Below are positions 44,682-56,467 of a stretch of 64,000 bases of DNA, in pieces. The notes under the pieces are model-generated. The model had not been told where the DNA came from and did not search any database. It saw only the letters and a list, made by a program, of their open reading frames with translations. The translations under genes were made by a program, and so were the position numbers. Numbering within the stretch: position 1 is the first letter of the stretch; the number at the start of each line of letters is the position of its first letter. The stretch comes from an uncultured Fidelibacterota bacterium (GTDB lineage Bacteria; Fidelibacterota; Marinisomatia; Marinisomatales; UBA8229), in the NCBI GenBank assembly GCA_913041945.1, contig CAJWIT010000001.1, forward strand, positions 45,175-109,174, read 5' to 3'.

Positions 44682-47507
44682 ATGAACGAATCCTCAGAAA
44701 ACAATCTTTTTATTAATCGTCATTTAGGTCCTTCTGAAGGAGAAATTCAGTCTATGCTGAAATCATGTGGATTATCATCCCTGGATGAACTCATCAGTGA
44801 AATAATCCCCACCTCAGTTCTGGATATGGATTCCCTCCAAATTAAGGCCGTATCAAACGAACATAAACTTCTTAGGGAGCTACGCTCCATCGCTGGCCAA
44901 AATCAAGTGTTTCGATCTTACATCGGAATGGGATATTACGGCACATACACGCCGCCGGTCATCCTACGAAACATCCTTGAAAACCCAGGTTGGTATACTC
45001 AGTACACACCATACCAAGCTGAAATTTCCCAAGGACGGCTTGAGGCTCTCTTTAATTTTCAAACCATGATCTGTGACTTCTCCGGTATGGACATTGCCAA
45101 TGCTTCCCTTTTAGATGAAAGTACTGCCGCTGCGGAAGCCATGGCTTTCCTGGCACGTGTCAATCCAAAAAGAAATAAGTATTTTGTCGCATCCAACTGC
45201 CACCCTCAAACTATAGCTGTGCTAAAAACACGGGCAAAACCTATTGGCATTGAACTCACTATAACCGGACCAAAAAATTTCAAGTTTGATGATGAAACAC
45301 TTGGGGGGACACTTCAATACCCTGCCACTGATGGAGAAATTCATGATTATACCAGCCTGTGCACCCAAGCCCATAACGTTGGGAGTTATATTGCTGTCGC
45401 AGCTGACTTACTGAGCCTTGCTTTATTAAAACCACCAGGCGAATGGGGTGCTGATGTAGTCGTAGGAACCAGCCAGCGATTTGGTATTCCTATGGGATAC
45501 GGTGGTCCACACGCAGCTTTTTTTGCTACACGTAAAATATTTGAAAGAAAAATCCCAGGTCGTATCATCGGACTTTCAAAAGATACCCATGGCAACCCTG
45601 CTTTTCGGATGGCACTCCAGACCCGGGAACAACATATCCGTCGGGAACGGGCAACCTCAAATATCTGCACTGCCCAGGTATTATTGGCAGTCATGTCGGG
45701 AATGTATGCCATATATCACGGACCCGACGGGATCCGAAAAATAGCAGAGGATATACACCGCCACACATGCATTGTGGGATCAGCGTTAGATATGGCAGGA
45801 TACAAAATTCATCACACCCAATTTTTTGATACCATCCGGTTTAATGCTGACAATAATTTGTTTAAAAAAGCACAGAAACAAAAAATCAACCTGTGTGATT
45901 ATGGAGATGGTTCATTGGGAATTTCATTGGATGAAACCGTTGCTGACGAAGATGTAAATACGCTTCTAGACCTTTTTGGAGCCAAACAAAAAAATAATGA
46001 TTCTTTTGGGATCCCAAATAATCTCAGGCGAACATCCAGCTACCTTAAACACCCGGTCTTCAACCTTTACCATTCAGAAACAGAAATGCTCCGCTACATT
46101 TATCGCCTACAGCAAAAGGACTTATCCCTCGCTACCAGTATGATACCGCTTGGCTCCTGCACCATGAAATTGAACGCTACCACGGAAATGATCGGTATTA
46201 CCTGGCCGGAATTTTCAGACCTTCATCCCTTTGCTCCAAAAGAGCAGACCCGGGGCTACCGAAAATTGATCACCGAATTAGGGGACTGGCTCTGTAACAT
46301 CACTGGGTTCAGCGATTATTCCTTTCAACCAAATTCTGGTGCACAAGGTGAATTCACTGGTCTGAAAATTATTTCAGCATATCACAAATCCAGGGATGAC
46401 AGTCAACGTACTATTTGCCTGATTCCAACTTCCGCTCACGGTACAAACCCCGCCAGTGCTGTCATGGCCGGAATGAGCGTGGTGGTGGTACGGTGTGATG
46501 ATGAAGGGAACATAGATGTTGAAGATCTCAGGCAAAAAGCGGAAGTCAACAGTAAAAACCTGGCAGCATTTATGGTAACCTATCCATCCACCCATGGTGT
46601 TTTCGAAGAACAGATCGTGAATATCTGCAAAATTATTCACAATAACGGCGGGCAGGTTTATCTTGATGGAGCAAATTTAAACGCAATGATGGAGCTTTGT
46701 AAACCAGCAAATTTTATTGCCGACGTTTGTCACATAAATCTACATAAAACTTTTGCAATTCCACATGGCGGCGGAGGGCCAGGGGTGGGTCCTGTCTTTA
46801 CGAAAAAACATTTAGCACCTTTTCTTCCTGACCATCCTGTCATATCCACAGGCGGAGAGCAAGGAATTGACGCAGTTTCATCTGCACCCTTGGGCAGTGC
46901 CAGCATCCTTCCAATTTCCTGGGCGTTTATCCGGCTCTTGGGTGATTCCGGTATTAAAAAAACATCCCAGGTTGCAATTCTAAACGCTAATTATATGGCA
47001 AAAAAATTGAGCCGACATTTTACAATCCTTTACACAGGTGTTACTGGAAGAGTTGGGCACGAATTTATTCTTGACTTACGTCCTTTCCGCAAATCCTGCG
47101 GAATCACTAATGAAGATGTAGCGAAGCGCCTCATAGATTATGGTTTCCATGCACCCACCGTATCGTTTCCAGTTCCGGGCACACTTATGATCGAACCTAC
47201 AGAAAGCGAATCAAAAGGAGAAATGGATCGCTTTTGTTCGGCCCTGATACAGATTAAAAAAGAGATTTTGGATGTGGAATCGGGCAAAGTTGATCTCAAA
47301 GATAATGTACTGAAAAATGCACCTCACATAGCGCAGCATGTTTGCGACGATAATTGGTTGCACCCCTACACACGGGAACAGGCCGCTTTTCCTACTAAGT
47401 GGACCAAAGAATCAAAATTCTGGCCTGCGGTTGGCCGAATTGACAATGCCCACGGGGATAGAAACCTAGTGTGCACCTGTCCGCCTATTGAACAACATGA
47501 AAATTAG
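44682..47507 (+). CDS. gcvP: Glycine dehydrogenase (decarboxylating), glycine cleavage P protein
   Basis: RHLGP, YTPYQAEISQGRLE, ATSNICTAQ, PLGSCTMKLN, NLHKTF (PLP Lys), GFHAPT, CTCPP. Confidence 0.97.
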   Translation: MNESSENNLFINRHLGPSEGEIQSMLKSCGLSSLDELISEIIPTSVLDMDSLQIKAVSNEHKLLRELRSIAGQNQVFRSYIGMGYYGTYTPPVILRNILENPGWYTQYTPYQAEISQGRLEALFNFQTMICDFSGMDIANASLLDESTAAAEAMAFLARVNPKRNKYFVASNCHPQTIAVLKTRAKPIGIELTITGPKNFKFDDETLGGTLQYPATDGEIHDYTSLCTQAHNVGSYIAVAADLLSLALLKPPGEWGADVVVGTSQRFGIPMGYGGPHAAFFATRKIFERKIPGRIIGLSKDTHGNPAFRMALQTREQHIRRERATSNICTAQVLLAVMSGMYAIYHGPDGIRKIAEDIHRHTCIVGSALDMAGYKIHHTQFFDTIRFNADNNLFKKAQKQKINLCDYGDGSLGISLDETVADEDVNTLLDLFGAKQKNNDSFGIPNNLRRTSSYLKHPVFNLYHSETEMLRYIYRLQQKDLSLATSMIPLGSCTMKLNATTEMIGITWPEFSDLHPFAPKEQTRGYRKLITELGDWLCNITGFSDYSFQPNSGAQGEFTGLKIISAYHKSRDDSQRTICLIPTSAHGTNPASAVMAGMSVVVVRCDDEGNIDVEDLRQKAEVNSKNLAAFMVTYPSTHGVFEEQIVNICKIIHNNGGQVYLDGANLNAMMELCKPANFIADVCHINLHKTFAIPHGGGGPGVGPVFTKKHLAPFLPDHPVISTGGEQGIDAVSSAPLGSASILPISWAFIRLLGDSGIKKTSQVAILNANYMAKKLSRHFTILYTGVTGRVGHEFILDLRPFRKSCGITNEDVAKRLIDYGFHAPTVSFPVPGTLMIEPTESESKGEMDRFCSALIQIKKEILDVESGKVDLKDNVLKNAPHIAQHVCDDNWLHPYTREQAAFPTKWTKESKFWPAVGRIDNAHGDRNLVCTCPPIEQHEN

Positions 47508-49189
47508 TGTTCTGGTGTCTTAAAAAGAAATTTGCCGCTCTATTTATCTTTCTTTTTTCAGGTTGCCTGTTTGGTGAATTAATTGATGGTGATACGCTGG
47601 TGCTCCACCCAATCACCTGGGAAACGCGGAGCCCGGAAGGCTGGAATGCACAATACAAAAAAATTATCCAATTCCCGGAATCTGATGGCCCCTGGGCAAA
47701 AATCATCATGGTGCAAACGCTTAAATGTGATTCAACAACCAAAGGTGATAACTATCCATGCGGCGAATGGGATTATATCTGGAATATATTTGTGAACGTT
47801 CCGAAAGGAGATACAGTTGAAACATTCAGCATGGGAAGTTTTGTGACCCCCTACGGAAAGAGGCTTTGGCTCGGTGGGGAAGCTGGATGGGAATGGACAT
47901 ATGACATAACGGACTATGCTCCTGTCCTGAGGGGAGAACGGGAAATTATTGTAGGCAATAATCAGGAATTGCTGGACCTGAAATTTCTATTCATTAAAGG
48001 TGCACCAACCCGGAATATTTTGAGAGTAGAAAATATTTATCCCTACGGAAATCACAAATACGGGGATTTGGCGGATGATATTGTTTTACAAGAGATAAAA
48101 CTTCAGCTTCTACCTGAAGCTCGTGGTTATAAACTAAAGGCAGTAATCTCCGGACATGGACATGCAGGCCCGCGTAATTGCTGCGAATGGGACAGTAAAA
48201 CACATACCTATTATATGAATGGGTGGGAACTATTCCGCTGGAATGTCTGGAAAGACTGCGGGAACAACCCGATCTATCCCCAGGGCGGTACCTGGCCCTT
48301 TGATCGTGCCGGATGGTGCCCTGGTACCAAAGTGGATGAATATGAATATGAGCTCACCCCCTTCGTTAAACCTGGTGATACAATTTCCATAGATTATGAA
48401 ATCGAACCCTACCTAGATAGTGGTGAAAAAGAAGGTGAGTTCAGGATTTCCCATCAGCTGTTCTCATATGGTTCGCCAAATTTTATGAACGACGCAGAAA
48501 TTATAGACATCATTGCTCCCAGCTCAAAAGACGCATTCAGCCGTTTCAACCCAACCCTGTCCAACCCAAAAATCATCATAAAAAATGCCGGGGCCTATGA
48601 CTTGAAACAGGTGGAGATTCATTATGGCCTTAAACACAGGAGAAAATCAGTCTATCTCTGGTCTGGGCATCTGAAATTTCTGGAAGAAGAAAAGGTTTTT
48701 CTCCCAATCCCGAACTGGCACGGGTTAAGAAAAACTCAAACTTTTGAAGTGAAAATAAAAAAGACCAATGGAGTAAAAGACGAAAATCCCCTGAACAATA
48801 TTTTAACATCCACGGTTCCCTTGCCTGAGATTTTTCCGGAAGAATTTATCCTGAAGATCAAAACAAACAATAGAGACAGGGCTCGGGAAAACTCCTTCAC
48901 CATTTCCGGTAACAATGGCACTGTTTATTACAGTGGCGGATTCTTCAAGGACAGCACAGAATATAATTTCCCTGTTGAGCTAAAAAGAGGTTTTTATGAA
49001 TTTCTTTTTAAAGATGACATGGAAGACGGCATCTCAATACACTGGTGGAACAGAAACAGCACACCAGAGAAAATTGGAATCAGCGGGGAATTGAAATTCT
49101 TAAAACGGGACGGAGAAATTCTCCATGAATTCAAACCAGATTTTGGACAGGAGTTAAAATTTGGTTTTATCGTGGGGCCTATTCCTTAA
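47507..49189 (+). CDS. Exported peptide-N-glycosidase F-related protein
   Basis: Signal peptide, CGEWDY, TPYG, YDITDY, SGHG, CCEW, GTWPFDRAGWCPG, then Ig-like domains; the GTG start overlaps the gcvP TAG. Confidence 0.75.
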   Translation: MFWCLKKKFAALFIFLFSGCLFGELIDGDTLVLHPITWETRSPEGWNAQYKKIIQFPESDGPWAKIIMVQTLKCDSTTKGDNYPCGEWDYIWNIFVNVPKGDTVETFSMGSFVTPYGKRLWLGGEAGWEWTYDITDYAPVLRGEREIIVGNNQELLDLKFLFIKGAPTRNILRVENIYPYGNHKYGDLADDIVLQEIKLQLLPEARGYKLKAVISGHGHAGPRNCCEWDSKTHTYYMNGWELFRWNVWKDCGNNPIYPQGGTWPFDRAGWCPGTKVDEYEYELTPFVKPGDTISIDYEIEPYLDSGEKEGEFRISHQLFSYGSPNFMNDAEIIDIIAPSSKDAFSRFNPTLSNPKIIIKNAGAYDLKQVEIHYGLKHRRKSVYLWSGHLKFLEEEKVFLPIPNWHGLRKTQTFEVKIKKTNGVKDENPLNNILTSTVPLPEIFPEEFILKIKTNNRDRARENSFTISGNNGTVYYSGGFFKDSTEYNFPVELKRGFYEFLFKDDMEDGISIHWWNRNSTPEKIGISGELKFLKRDGEILHEFKPDFGQELKFGFIVGPIP

Positions 49190-49345
49190 ATGAAAAATGT
49201 TATCATCTCTCCAGTTCCTTTTTCCGTATAAATCATCCTACGTTTATTCTAGCAGGTGTTTGTAAATTTCAATTTACTTAGATATAATTCAATTATCGGA
49301 TTAATATTTGCTCTTTTAACCATCTCAAATCTAACAGGAGAAGAA

Positions 49346-49822
49346 ATGAGCGAAGTAACTGATGAACAAAAAATGCATCACTATATGGGTATTGAAATGA
49401 ATATCCAGACCTGGAATCTATTGCGGAAAGAAGATAGAAATGAACAAGATGATGCACGTATGGTGAACTTTGCTCAGGCATCATTATATCACTGGAGGAA
49501 ATCTCATAAATATGAACCTGTAAATGAACAAAGAGGACAGTGGATGTTGTCACACGTATATGCTGTTATAGGTAAAGGTAAAGAAGCTTTATCTTATGCT
49601 CAAGAGACAGCCAGGCTAACAAAGGAGCAAGATTTAAAGGACTTTGACCTAGCATATTCTTATGAAGCATTAGCACGTGCAAACGCTGCTGCTGGAAATA
49701 AAAAAGAATATGCAAAATGGTTAGAAAAAGCACAAAAATCTGGTGATCTTATCTCAGATGAAGAGGATAAAAAGTATTTTATTTCAGATTTAGAGAGTGC
49801 GCCTTGGTTTGGATGCAACTAA
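49346..49822 (+). CDS. Small alpha-helical (TPR-like) hypothetical protein
   Basis: AGGAG SD before MSEV; ASLYHW, WMLSHVYA, DLAYSYEALARA. The ORF could start at 49256. Confidence 0.7.
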   Translation: MSEVTDEQKMHHYMGIEMNIQTWNLLRKEDRNEQDDARMVNFAQASLYHWRKSHKYEPVNEQRGQWMLSHVYAVIGKGKEALSYAQETARLTKEQDLKDFDLAYSYEALARANAAAGNKKEYAKWLEKAQKSGDLISDEEDKKYFISDLESAPWFGCN

Positions 49823-49888
49823 CTAAAACAGCACTCTCCAGCTCCTCTTTTCATACCCGATTAGCATAAATAAAACCACAAATAATTT

Positions 49889-51184
49889 TTAATTCAAAAC
49901 ACCGCTTACCAACGACGTGTGATTCTCTTTCATTGTCACTTGCTGGATTGTATTTATAAGGTTGGTTCCCCCCTCTGCTTGAACCTTGATATAATTATCT
50001 GCGTGCCCCACAATCTTTCCGTTTTTCATGTTTTCAAATAAAACCGGACGGTTTTTGTTGATGAATTGATCATAGAAATATCTTCGCTTTTTGTCTGATA
50101 AAATATGGAGCATCTTACTTCGCTCGGCCCTCGTCTCTTTGGAAACTCTTTCGCCCATTTCAACTGCACCTGTATTGGGGCGTACGGAATAAGTAAACAC
50201 ATGGAGGTAGGAAATATCCATCCCATTCAAGAAATTGTACGTTTCAAGAAAATCACCTTCCGTTTCTCCAGGAAAGCCCACAATCACATCTGCACCAATG
50301 CATACATCAGGAATATCCGATTTAATTTTTTTAACACGATCTTCATAATACTCCCGTTCATACCGTCGTTTCATTTTCTTTAAAATCTTATTAGAGCCGG
50401 ATTGTAAAGGCACGTGAAAATGGGGCATGAATTTTTCAGATTGAGCACAGAATTCGATGATTTGATCTGTCAATAAATTCGGTTCGATAGATGAAATTCG
50501 AATTCTGTCTATTCCTTCTAATGTGTCTAATTGCTGGATAAGATCATAAAAAGTCTCTTTGCTCCCTTTTCCAAATTCTCCAATATTCACGCCTGTAAGT
50601 ACAATCTCCTTCGCGTTTGTCTCGGCGACTTCGCGTGCCTTTTTTATAGTATTTGCGATGGAATCACTTCTGTTTTCACCTCGAGCTAAAGGAACTGTGC
50701 AGAATGAACAGGAATAATCACAGCCGTCCTGAATTTTTAAAAATGATCGCGTTCGCTCTTCAGATGAATATGAAGGCGTAAATGCATGAACATGATCAAT
50801 ATCAGAATGAATTACCTTTGTCAATCCATTGGTTTCCTGAGAAGACAGGTGATTTAATACATTAAATTTTTCTTCCGACCCCAGTACAAGGTCAACACCT
50901 TCAATATTAGCAATGTCTTTGGGTTTCAACTGTGCATAACAGCCGATTATAGCCAGGGAAGAGTTGGGATTTTTTCGCTTGGCCTGTCGAATTAATTTTC
51001 TTGCTTCCTTGTCAGCATTTTCCGTAACCGAACATGTATTCAAGACATATATATCTGCTTTATTTTTGTAATCCACTTTTTCAAATCCGTGATCAGTAAA
51101 ATCACGGGAAATTGTAGCGGTTTCAGAGAAGTTTAGCTTACATCCTAGCGTATGAAAGGCAATCCGTTTACACCGTGTTCCCAT
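49889..51184 (-). CDS. mtaB: tRNA t6A37 methylthiotransferase
   Basis: HTLGCKLNFSET, NTCSVT, GCYAQ, KIQDGCDYSCSFC radical-SAM motif, RISSIEP, LHVFTYS. Confidence 0.92.
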   Translation of the reverse strand: MGTRCKRIAFHTLGCKLNFSETATISRDFTDHGFEKVDYKNKADIYVLNTCSVTENADKEARKLIRQAKRKNPNSSLAIIGCYAQLKPKDIANIEGVDLVLGSEEKFNVLNHLSSQETNGLTKVIHSDIDHVHAFTPSYSSEERTRSFLKIQDGCDYSCSFCTVPLARGENRSDSIANTIKKAREVAETNAKEIVLTGVNIGEFGKGSKETFYDLIQQLDTLEGIDRIRISSIEPNLLTDQIIEFCAQSEKFMPHFHVPLQSGSNKILKKMKRRYEREYYEDRVKKIKSDIPDVCIGADVIVGFPGETEGDFLETYNFLNGMDISYLHVFTYSVRPNTGAVEMGERVSKETRAERSKMLHILSDKKRRYFYDQFINKNRPVLFENMKNGKIVGHADNYIKVQAEGGTNLINTIQQVTMKENHTSLVSGVLN

Positions 51185-51214
51185 AATTATAAATTCAAAT
51201 TCATTTGATTCGTT

Positions 51215-52063
51215 CTACGAAAGAGATGAAAGGCATCCATCCGTGGTTCTCCACAGCCGATCAATATCACTTTTATTGTACGATGCTGCTGAGCTTTTTT
51301 CTTGTTTACATTTCACAAAATACTTCCCACTAACACCTTTTACCATTGGAGAAGTTGCCAGAAATACGCTGGTTGCTGCTCCTTTTTTAATTGAAATAGC
51401 ACCAATCTTTTTTGCCAGATTCAGCCCTATTCCTACTATCCCAGTATTATTGTCTCCAAAACGTGTTCTTACAAAGCCGGGGTGCAGGGTGTTTACTGTA
51501 ATTGGTGTATCCTTCAGCAATTCTGCTAATTTATATGTAAACATGATGTTCATAAGCTTTGATCGCTTATAAGCCGCCCAGCCAGAATAATCGTTTTTCC
51601 CCTGCAGATCATCAAAATCAAGGGTAGCTCCAATATGTGTTCCTGATGCTACATTAATGATACGAGGGTTTTTACCTTTCTTTATTAAGTCCAAAAGAAG
51701 TTTGGTTAGTAAAAAATAATTTAGATGGTTCAAGGCAAATGTTTTTTCAAAGCCCTCATCAGTTTCCTCTCTTTGTGCAAAAAAGGCACCGGCATTGTTT
51801 ATTAACACATCCAGTTTATCATAGCGGGAATAAATCCTTTCCACTAAATACCGTATCGCTTTCATATTTGATAGGTCTGCTGTCAATATTTCAATCTGAT
51901 TATTCCCTGTTTTTGCTATGAGTTTTTTTCGAACCTTCTCTCCTTTTTCCGGATTACGGCCAACGAGAATTAATTGTGCATTCTGTTTACCAAGACATCT
52001 TGCTGTTTCCTTCCCAATGCCGTCCGTGGCGCCGGTAATAAGACATATCTTGTCTTTCATCAA
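51215..52063 (-). CDS. SDR oxidoreductase (retinol dehydrogenase-like)
   Basis: TGATDGIG, INNAG, NVAS, YKRSK, LHPGFVRT. Confidence 0.92.
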   Translation of the reverse strand: MMKDKICLITGATDGIGKETARCLGKQNAQLILVGRNPEKGEKVRKKLIAKTGNNQIEILTADLSNMKAIRYLVERIYSRYDKLDVLINNAGAFFAQREETDEGFEKTFALNHLNYFLLTKLLLDLIKKGKNPRIINVASGTHIGATLDFDDLQGKNDYSGWAAYKRSKLMNIMFTYKLAELLKDTPITVNTLHPGFVRTRFGDNNTGIVGIGLNLAKKIGAISIKKGAATSVFLATSPMVKGVSGKYFVKCKQEKSSAASYNKSDIDRLWRTTDGCLSSLS

Positions 52064-52107
52064 TATCGGATTATATAACTCTCGTTAGCTTGTAACATTT
52101 TTATTAA

Positions 52108-55100
52108 CTAAAAATAATTTTGGAGGGGTTTCACATACACTCCTTTTTCCGAACGAATCGCACGAACCGCTGCTTCTGCACCAGACAACGTTGTAATCGC
52201 CATAATTCCCTTTTGGATACATGCTTGACCTATAGACTCTTCATCATATCTTGCTTGTTTCCCCATTGGCGTATTAATCACCAATTGAATTTCTCCGTTT
52301 TTGATACCATCCACTGCATTGGGACGTCCTTCTCCCACTTTAAAAATGGATTCAACTGGGATTCCATTTCTCTTGATTTCTTTAGCCGTTCCTGAGGTTG
52401 CCACAAGTTTGAACCCAATTTCGGACAAATCCCGTGCCAGAGTAATCGCATCCATTTTATCCACATCATTAACAGAAATGAACACCGTTCCTGAATCATA
52501 AATTATATTCCCAGCACTAATTGATGCTCGTCTAAACGATTGACCAAAAGTATCAGAAATCCCCATTACTTCCCCGGTTGATTTCATTTCCGGGCTTAAG
52601 AAAATGGATTCAGAAGGAAATTTATTAAAAGGCAAGACAGCTTCTTTCACAGCAATATGATTGATTTCGTCCCACTGTTTAATCTCCATGTCTTTTAGTT
52701 TTATTCCTGTAGCTAGTTTTGCTGCAATTCTTGCTAATGGTACGTTGGTCGCTTTGCTCACAAAAGGAACGGTTCTACTGGCCCGTGGATTGACTTCCAG
52801 TACATAAACCTGACCGTTTTTATAAGCGAACTGCAAATTAATAAGTCCCACTACACTTAATTCTAAAGCAAGAATCCTGGTCGTGAGAATGATCTCGTCC
52901 ATGGCATCGGTTGTGATCCGATATGGCGGCAGCACGCAGGCGGAGTCGCCGGAATGAATCCCGGCTTCTTCAATGTGCTGCATAATACCACCAATGTGAA
53001 CCGCCACTCCATCACAAAGTGCATCCACGTCAAACTCAAAAGCATCTTCCAGAAACTCATCAATCAGGATCGGGTGGCCTTCTGTCACATCTGCTGAACG
53101 GGCGATATAATCAATCAATTGTTCCTTGGAATAGACGATCTCCATCGCTCGGCCACCCAACACATAACTGGGTCGTGCTAACACCGGGAAACCGATCTCT
53201 TCGGCTACTGCAACCACTTCATCCAGCGTTCTTCCTGTTCCGTATTGCGGACATACTACATCCAGTTTTTTTAGGACTTTTCCAAACTTTTCCCTGTCTT
53301 CTGCCAAGTCAATGCTATGCGGGGATGTACCAATGATAGGAGCTCCTGCGTCTGCCAGTGCATTGGCAATTTTAAGCGGTGTCTGTCCACCGAATTGAAC
53401 TAAAATACCGTCAGGCTTTTCAAATTCAACAATGTTCAATACATCTTCAAGCGTCACCGGCTCAAAATACAGGCGGTCAACAAGATCAAAATCGGTACTG
53501 ACGGTTTCAGGGTTGCAATTCACCATGATTGTTTTAAATCCCACATCTTTCAAACCAAATACCGCCTGGACACAGCAGTAGTCAAATTCGATCCCCTGGC
53601 CAATGCGGTTTGGACCTCCGCCCAATATCATGACCTTCTTCCCTTCTAATGGAGTAATTTCATTTTCTTCATCATAGGTGGAGTAACAATAGGGCGTCTT
53701 GGCTTCAAACTCTGCGGCACAGGTATCCACCACCTTATAAGCGGGAAAAACCTTTTCTGCTTTGCGCTGTTTACGGATATTACCTTCTGTTTTTCCTGTC
53801 ATGCGCCCGATTTGTTTATCAGAAAACCCATCATGTTTTAATTGTCGCATGGAGCTGCCACCATTTGATACAATAATCTGTTTGATCTGGTCTAAAAACC
53901 AAGGGTCAATTTTTGTAACATTAAATATATCTTCAACAGACTGCCCTTCCAAGAATGCCTGGCGGACTTTCAGTAAACGAAATGCTGTGCCGTATCGCAA
54001 CGTGGACATATCCAGTGACCGGGCACGGCTCACATCCGGATCTCCTTCTGCCGGTGGTTTTGGTTCCAATCCATCTAACCCAACTTCCAGGGACCGAAAT
54101 GCTTTTTGCAACGATTCCCTAAATGTTCGCCCAATGGACATGACTTCACCAACACTCTGCATCTGCACGCCCAAGTGTCCGGTGGCTGATGGAAATTTTT
54201 CAAAATCAAAACGGGGCACCTTTGTCACGATATAATCAATGGTAGGTTCAAATGCAGCCAGTGTTTTCCCTGTGATGTCATTTGGTAATTCATCAAGAGT
54301 ATAACCCACAGCCAGTTTAGCAGCTACTTTGGCGATTGGAAATCCTGTGGCTTTGCTGGCCAAAGCAGATGAACGACTTACCCTCGGGTTCATCTCGATG
54401 ATGACCATACGACCATCATCAGGATTAACAGCAAACTGGACATTGGATCCCCCCGTTTCCACACCGATGGTCCGGAGGCACTGCAGGGCCCAGTTGCGCA
54501 TCTGCTGGTATTCCTTATCTGTGAGTGTCATGGCTGGTGCCACTGTTACTGAATCGCCGGTATGTATGCCCATGGGATCAATATTTTCGATGGAACAAAT
54601 GATAATAGCATTGTCCGATTTATCCCGGATGACTTCCAATTCGAACTCTTTCCAACCCAGAAGAGATTCTTCTATCAGCACTTCAGTAATTGGACTGGCG
54701 TGAAGCCCATTCTCCAGTAATTCACGAAACTCTTCGCTATTGTATGCCACCGATCCACCGGTACCTCCCAGCGTAAAAGAGGGACGGATGATGACAGGAA
54801 ACTCTATGGTTTCCAAAAGTAATTTTGCTTCTTTCCAGGAATGGACAAATCCGCCCTTTGCAGTATTAATGCCTGCAGCATCCATCACTTCCTTAAATCG
54901 TTCACGATCCTCAGCTTTTTCGATCGCCTCCACCTGGGCACCTATAAGCTGAACACCATATTTCTCAAGAATCCCCTGTCTGTGCAGATCCATGCACAGA
55001 TTTAGGGCTGTTTGTCCACCTACCGTTGGCAGGATAGCATCCGGTTTTTCTTTATCAATAATGGCAGTTACATATTCTGGAGTAATTGGTTCAATATAGG

Positions 55101-55290
55101 TAGCATCTGATAATTCTGGATCCGTCATAATGGTCGCCGGATTTGAATTGATCAGAATCACGCGATATCCCTCTTCTTTTAAAGCACGCGTGGCCTGAGT
55201 ACCGGAATAGTCAAACTCGCAAGCCTGGCCAATCACAATGGGCCCAGCACCAATGATTAAAATGGATTCTATATCAGTTCTTTTTGGCAT
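52108..55290 (-). CDS. carB: Carbamoyl-phosphate synthase large subunit
   Basis: [44 protein letters not shown] domain. Confidence 0.98.
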   Translation of the reverse strand: MPKRTDIESILIIGAGPIVIGQACEFDYSGTQATRALKEEGYRVILINSNPATIMTDPELSDATYIEPITPEYVTAIIDKEKPDAILPTVGGQTALNLCMDLHRQGILEKYGVQLIGAQVEAIEKAEDRERFKEVMDAAGINTAKGGFVHSWKEAKLLLETIEFPVIIRPSFTLGGTGGSVAYNSEEFRELLENGLHASPITEVLIEESLLGWKEFELEVIRDKSDNAIIICSIENIDPMGIHTGDSVTVAPAMTLTDKEYQQMRNWALQCLRTIGVETGGSNVQFAVNPDDGRMVIIEMNPRVSRSSALASKATGFPIAKVAAKLAVGYTLDELPNDITGKTLAAFEPTIDYIVTKVPRFDFEKFPSATGHLGVQMQSVGEVMSIGRTFRESLQKAFRSLEVGLDGLEPKPPAEGDPDVSRARSLDMSTLRYGTAFRLLKVRQAFLEGQSVEDIFNVTKIDPWFLDQIKQIIVSNGGSSMRQLKHDGFSDKQIGRMTGKTEGNIRKQRKAEKVFPAYKVVDTCAAEFEAKTPYCYSTYDEENEITPLEGKKVMILGGGPNRIGQGIEFDYCCVQAVFGLKDVGFKTIMVNCNPETVSTDFDLVDRLYFEPVTLEDVLNIVEFEKPDGILVQFGGQTPLKIANALADAGAPIIGTSPHSIDLAEDREKFGKVLKKLDVVCPQYGTGRTLDEVVAVAEEIGFPVLARPSYVLGGRAMEIVYSKEQLIDYIARSADVTEGHPILIDEFLEDAFEFDVDALCDGVAVHIGGIMQHIEEAGIHSGDSACVLPPYRITTDAMDEIILTTRILALELSVVGLINLQFAYKNGQVYVLEVNPRASRTVPFVSKATNVPLARIAAKLATGIKLKDMEIKQWDEINHIAVKEAVLPFNKFPSESIFLSPEMKSTGEVMGISDTFGQSFRRASISAGNIIYDSGTVFISVNDVDKMDAITLARDLSEIGFKLVATSGTAKEIKRNGIPVESIFKVGEGRPNAVDGIKNGEIQLVINTPMGKQARYDEESIGQACIQKGIMAITTLSGAEAAVRAIRSEKGVYVKPLQNYF

Positions 55291-56362
55291 CCATCAAATC
55301 TACGAATTGCTTAAATAAATAGCGACTGTCATGGGGGCCTGGACTAGATTCAGGATGATACTGAACAGAAAACGCCGGAACATCCTTACAACGAATCCCT
55401 TCCGACGTATTGTCGTTTAAGTTTACGTGGGTTGGAATTACATTTTGTGGGAGTGTGTCTATATCAACGGCAAACCCATGGTTTTGGCTGGTAATCTCCA
55501 CTGTCCCATTCTCAAGATTTTTTACCGGATGATTAATGCCGCGGTGGCCAAACTTGAGTTTGAATGTTTTTGCTCCTAGTGCAAGCGCTAAAATTTGATG
55601 CCCAAGACAAATCCCGAAAATGGGCTTTTTGTCCAGCAGTTTTTTAACCGCTTCAATCCCATAACTTACTGCTGCAGGATCACCCGGACCGTTTGAAAGA
55701 AATATACCATCGGGGTTGAATTCTAAAATTTCGCCGGCAGAAGTTTGTGCGGGGAAAATAGTTATATCACAGCTATGACTTTCAAGCTGGCGCAGTATAT
55801 TATGCTTAATACCGTAGTCAATGGCAGCAACTTTGAATTTTGTTTCGCTGCCTTTAGACCAACCATAGCATTTTGCAGTTGTGACTTCTTTCGCCAGGTC
55901 TAGTCCTCTCATATTTGGAGCTTTGGTTAATCGCTTTTTCAGTGAATCTATATCAATATCAACTGTAGATATGATTCCGTTCATAGCTCCTTGATCACGA
56001 ATGTGCCGGGTGAGGGCCCGCGTATCAACACCCTGAATTCCAACTATATTTTGTTCTTTTAGGTAGTTATCTATGCATTGTGTTGATCGCCAGTTAGATG
56101 GAATATTTGTGCCTTCTTTAACCACAAATCCTGCAACCTGAATTTTATCGGATTCAATATCATCCGGATTCACGCCGTAATTTCCAATGTGCGGGGCCGT
56201 CATGGTCACAATTTGCCGGCAGTAGGATGGATCCGTGAGAATTTCCTGATATCCAGTCATCCCTGTATTGAAGCAAACTTCACCAACGGTTTCGCCCTCA
56301 GCACCGAAGGGTTTTCCTGTAAAAAACCGTCTATCTTCTAATAACAAGATCGCTTTCTCCAC
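55274..56362 (-). CDS. carA: Carbamoyl-phosphate synthase small subunit
   Basis: [34 protein letters not shown]. Confidence 0.98.
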   Translation of the reverse strand: MEKAILLLEDRRFFTGKPFGAEGETVGEVCFNTGMTGYQEILTDPSYCRQIVTMTAPHIGNYGVNPDDIESDKIQVAGFVVKEGTNIPSNWRSTQCIDNYLKEQNIVGIQGVDTRALTRHIRDQGAMNGIISTVDIDIDSLKKRLTKAPNMRGLDLAKEVTTAKCYGWSKGSETKFKVAAIDYGIKHNILRQLESHSCDITIFPAQTSAGEILEFNPDGIFLSNGPGDPAAVSYGIEAVKKLLDKKPIFGICLGHQILALALGAKTFKLKFGHRGINHPVKNLENGTVEITSQNHGFAVDIDTLPQNVIPTHVNLNDNTSEGIRCKDVPAFSVQYHPESSPGPHDSRYLFKQFVDLMDAKKN

Positions 56363-56467
56363 TATTTTGTATCTTTCTTATAAGTCATAAAAACTGACAA
56401 GTATCAAAGATAAAGAGTGTGTCAGACATATACAAATTTCTTAACTCACTCTTATTAAAAAATATCT

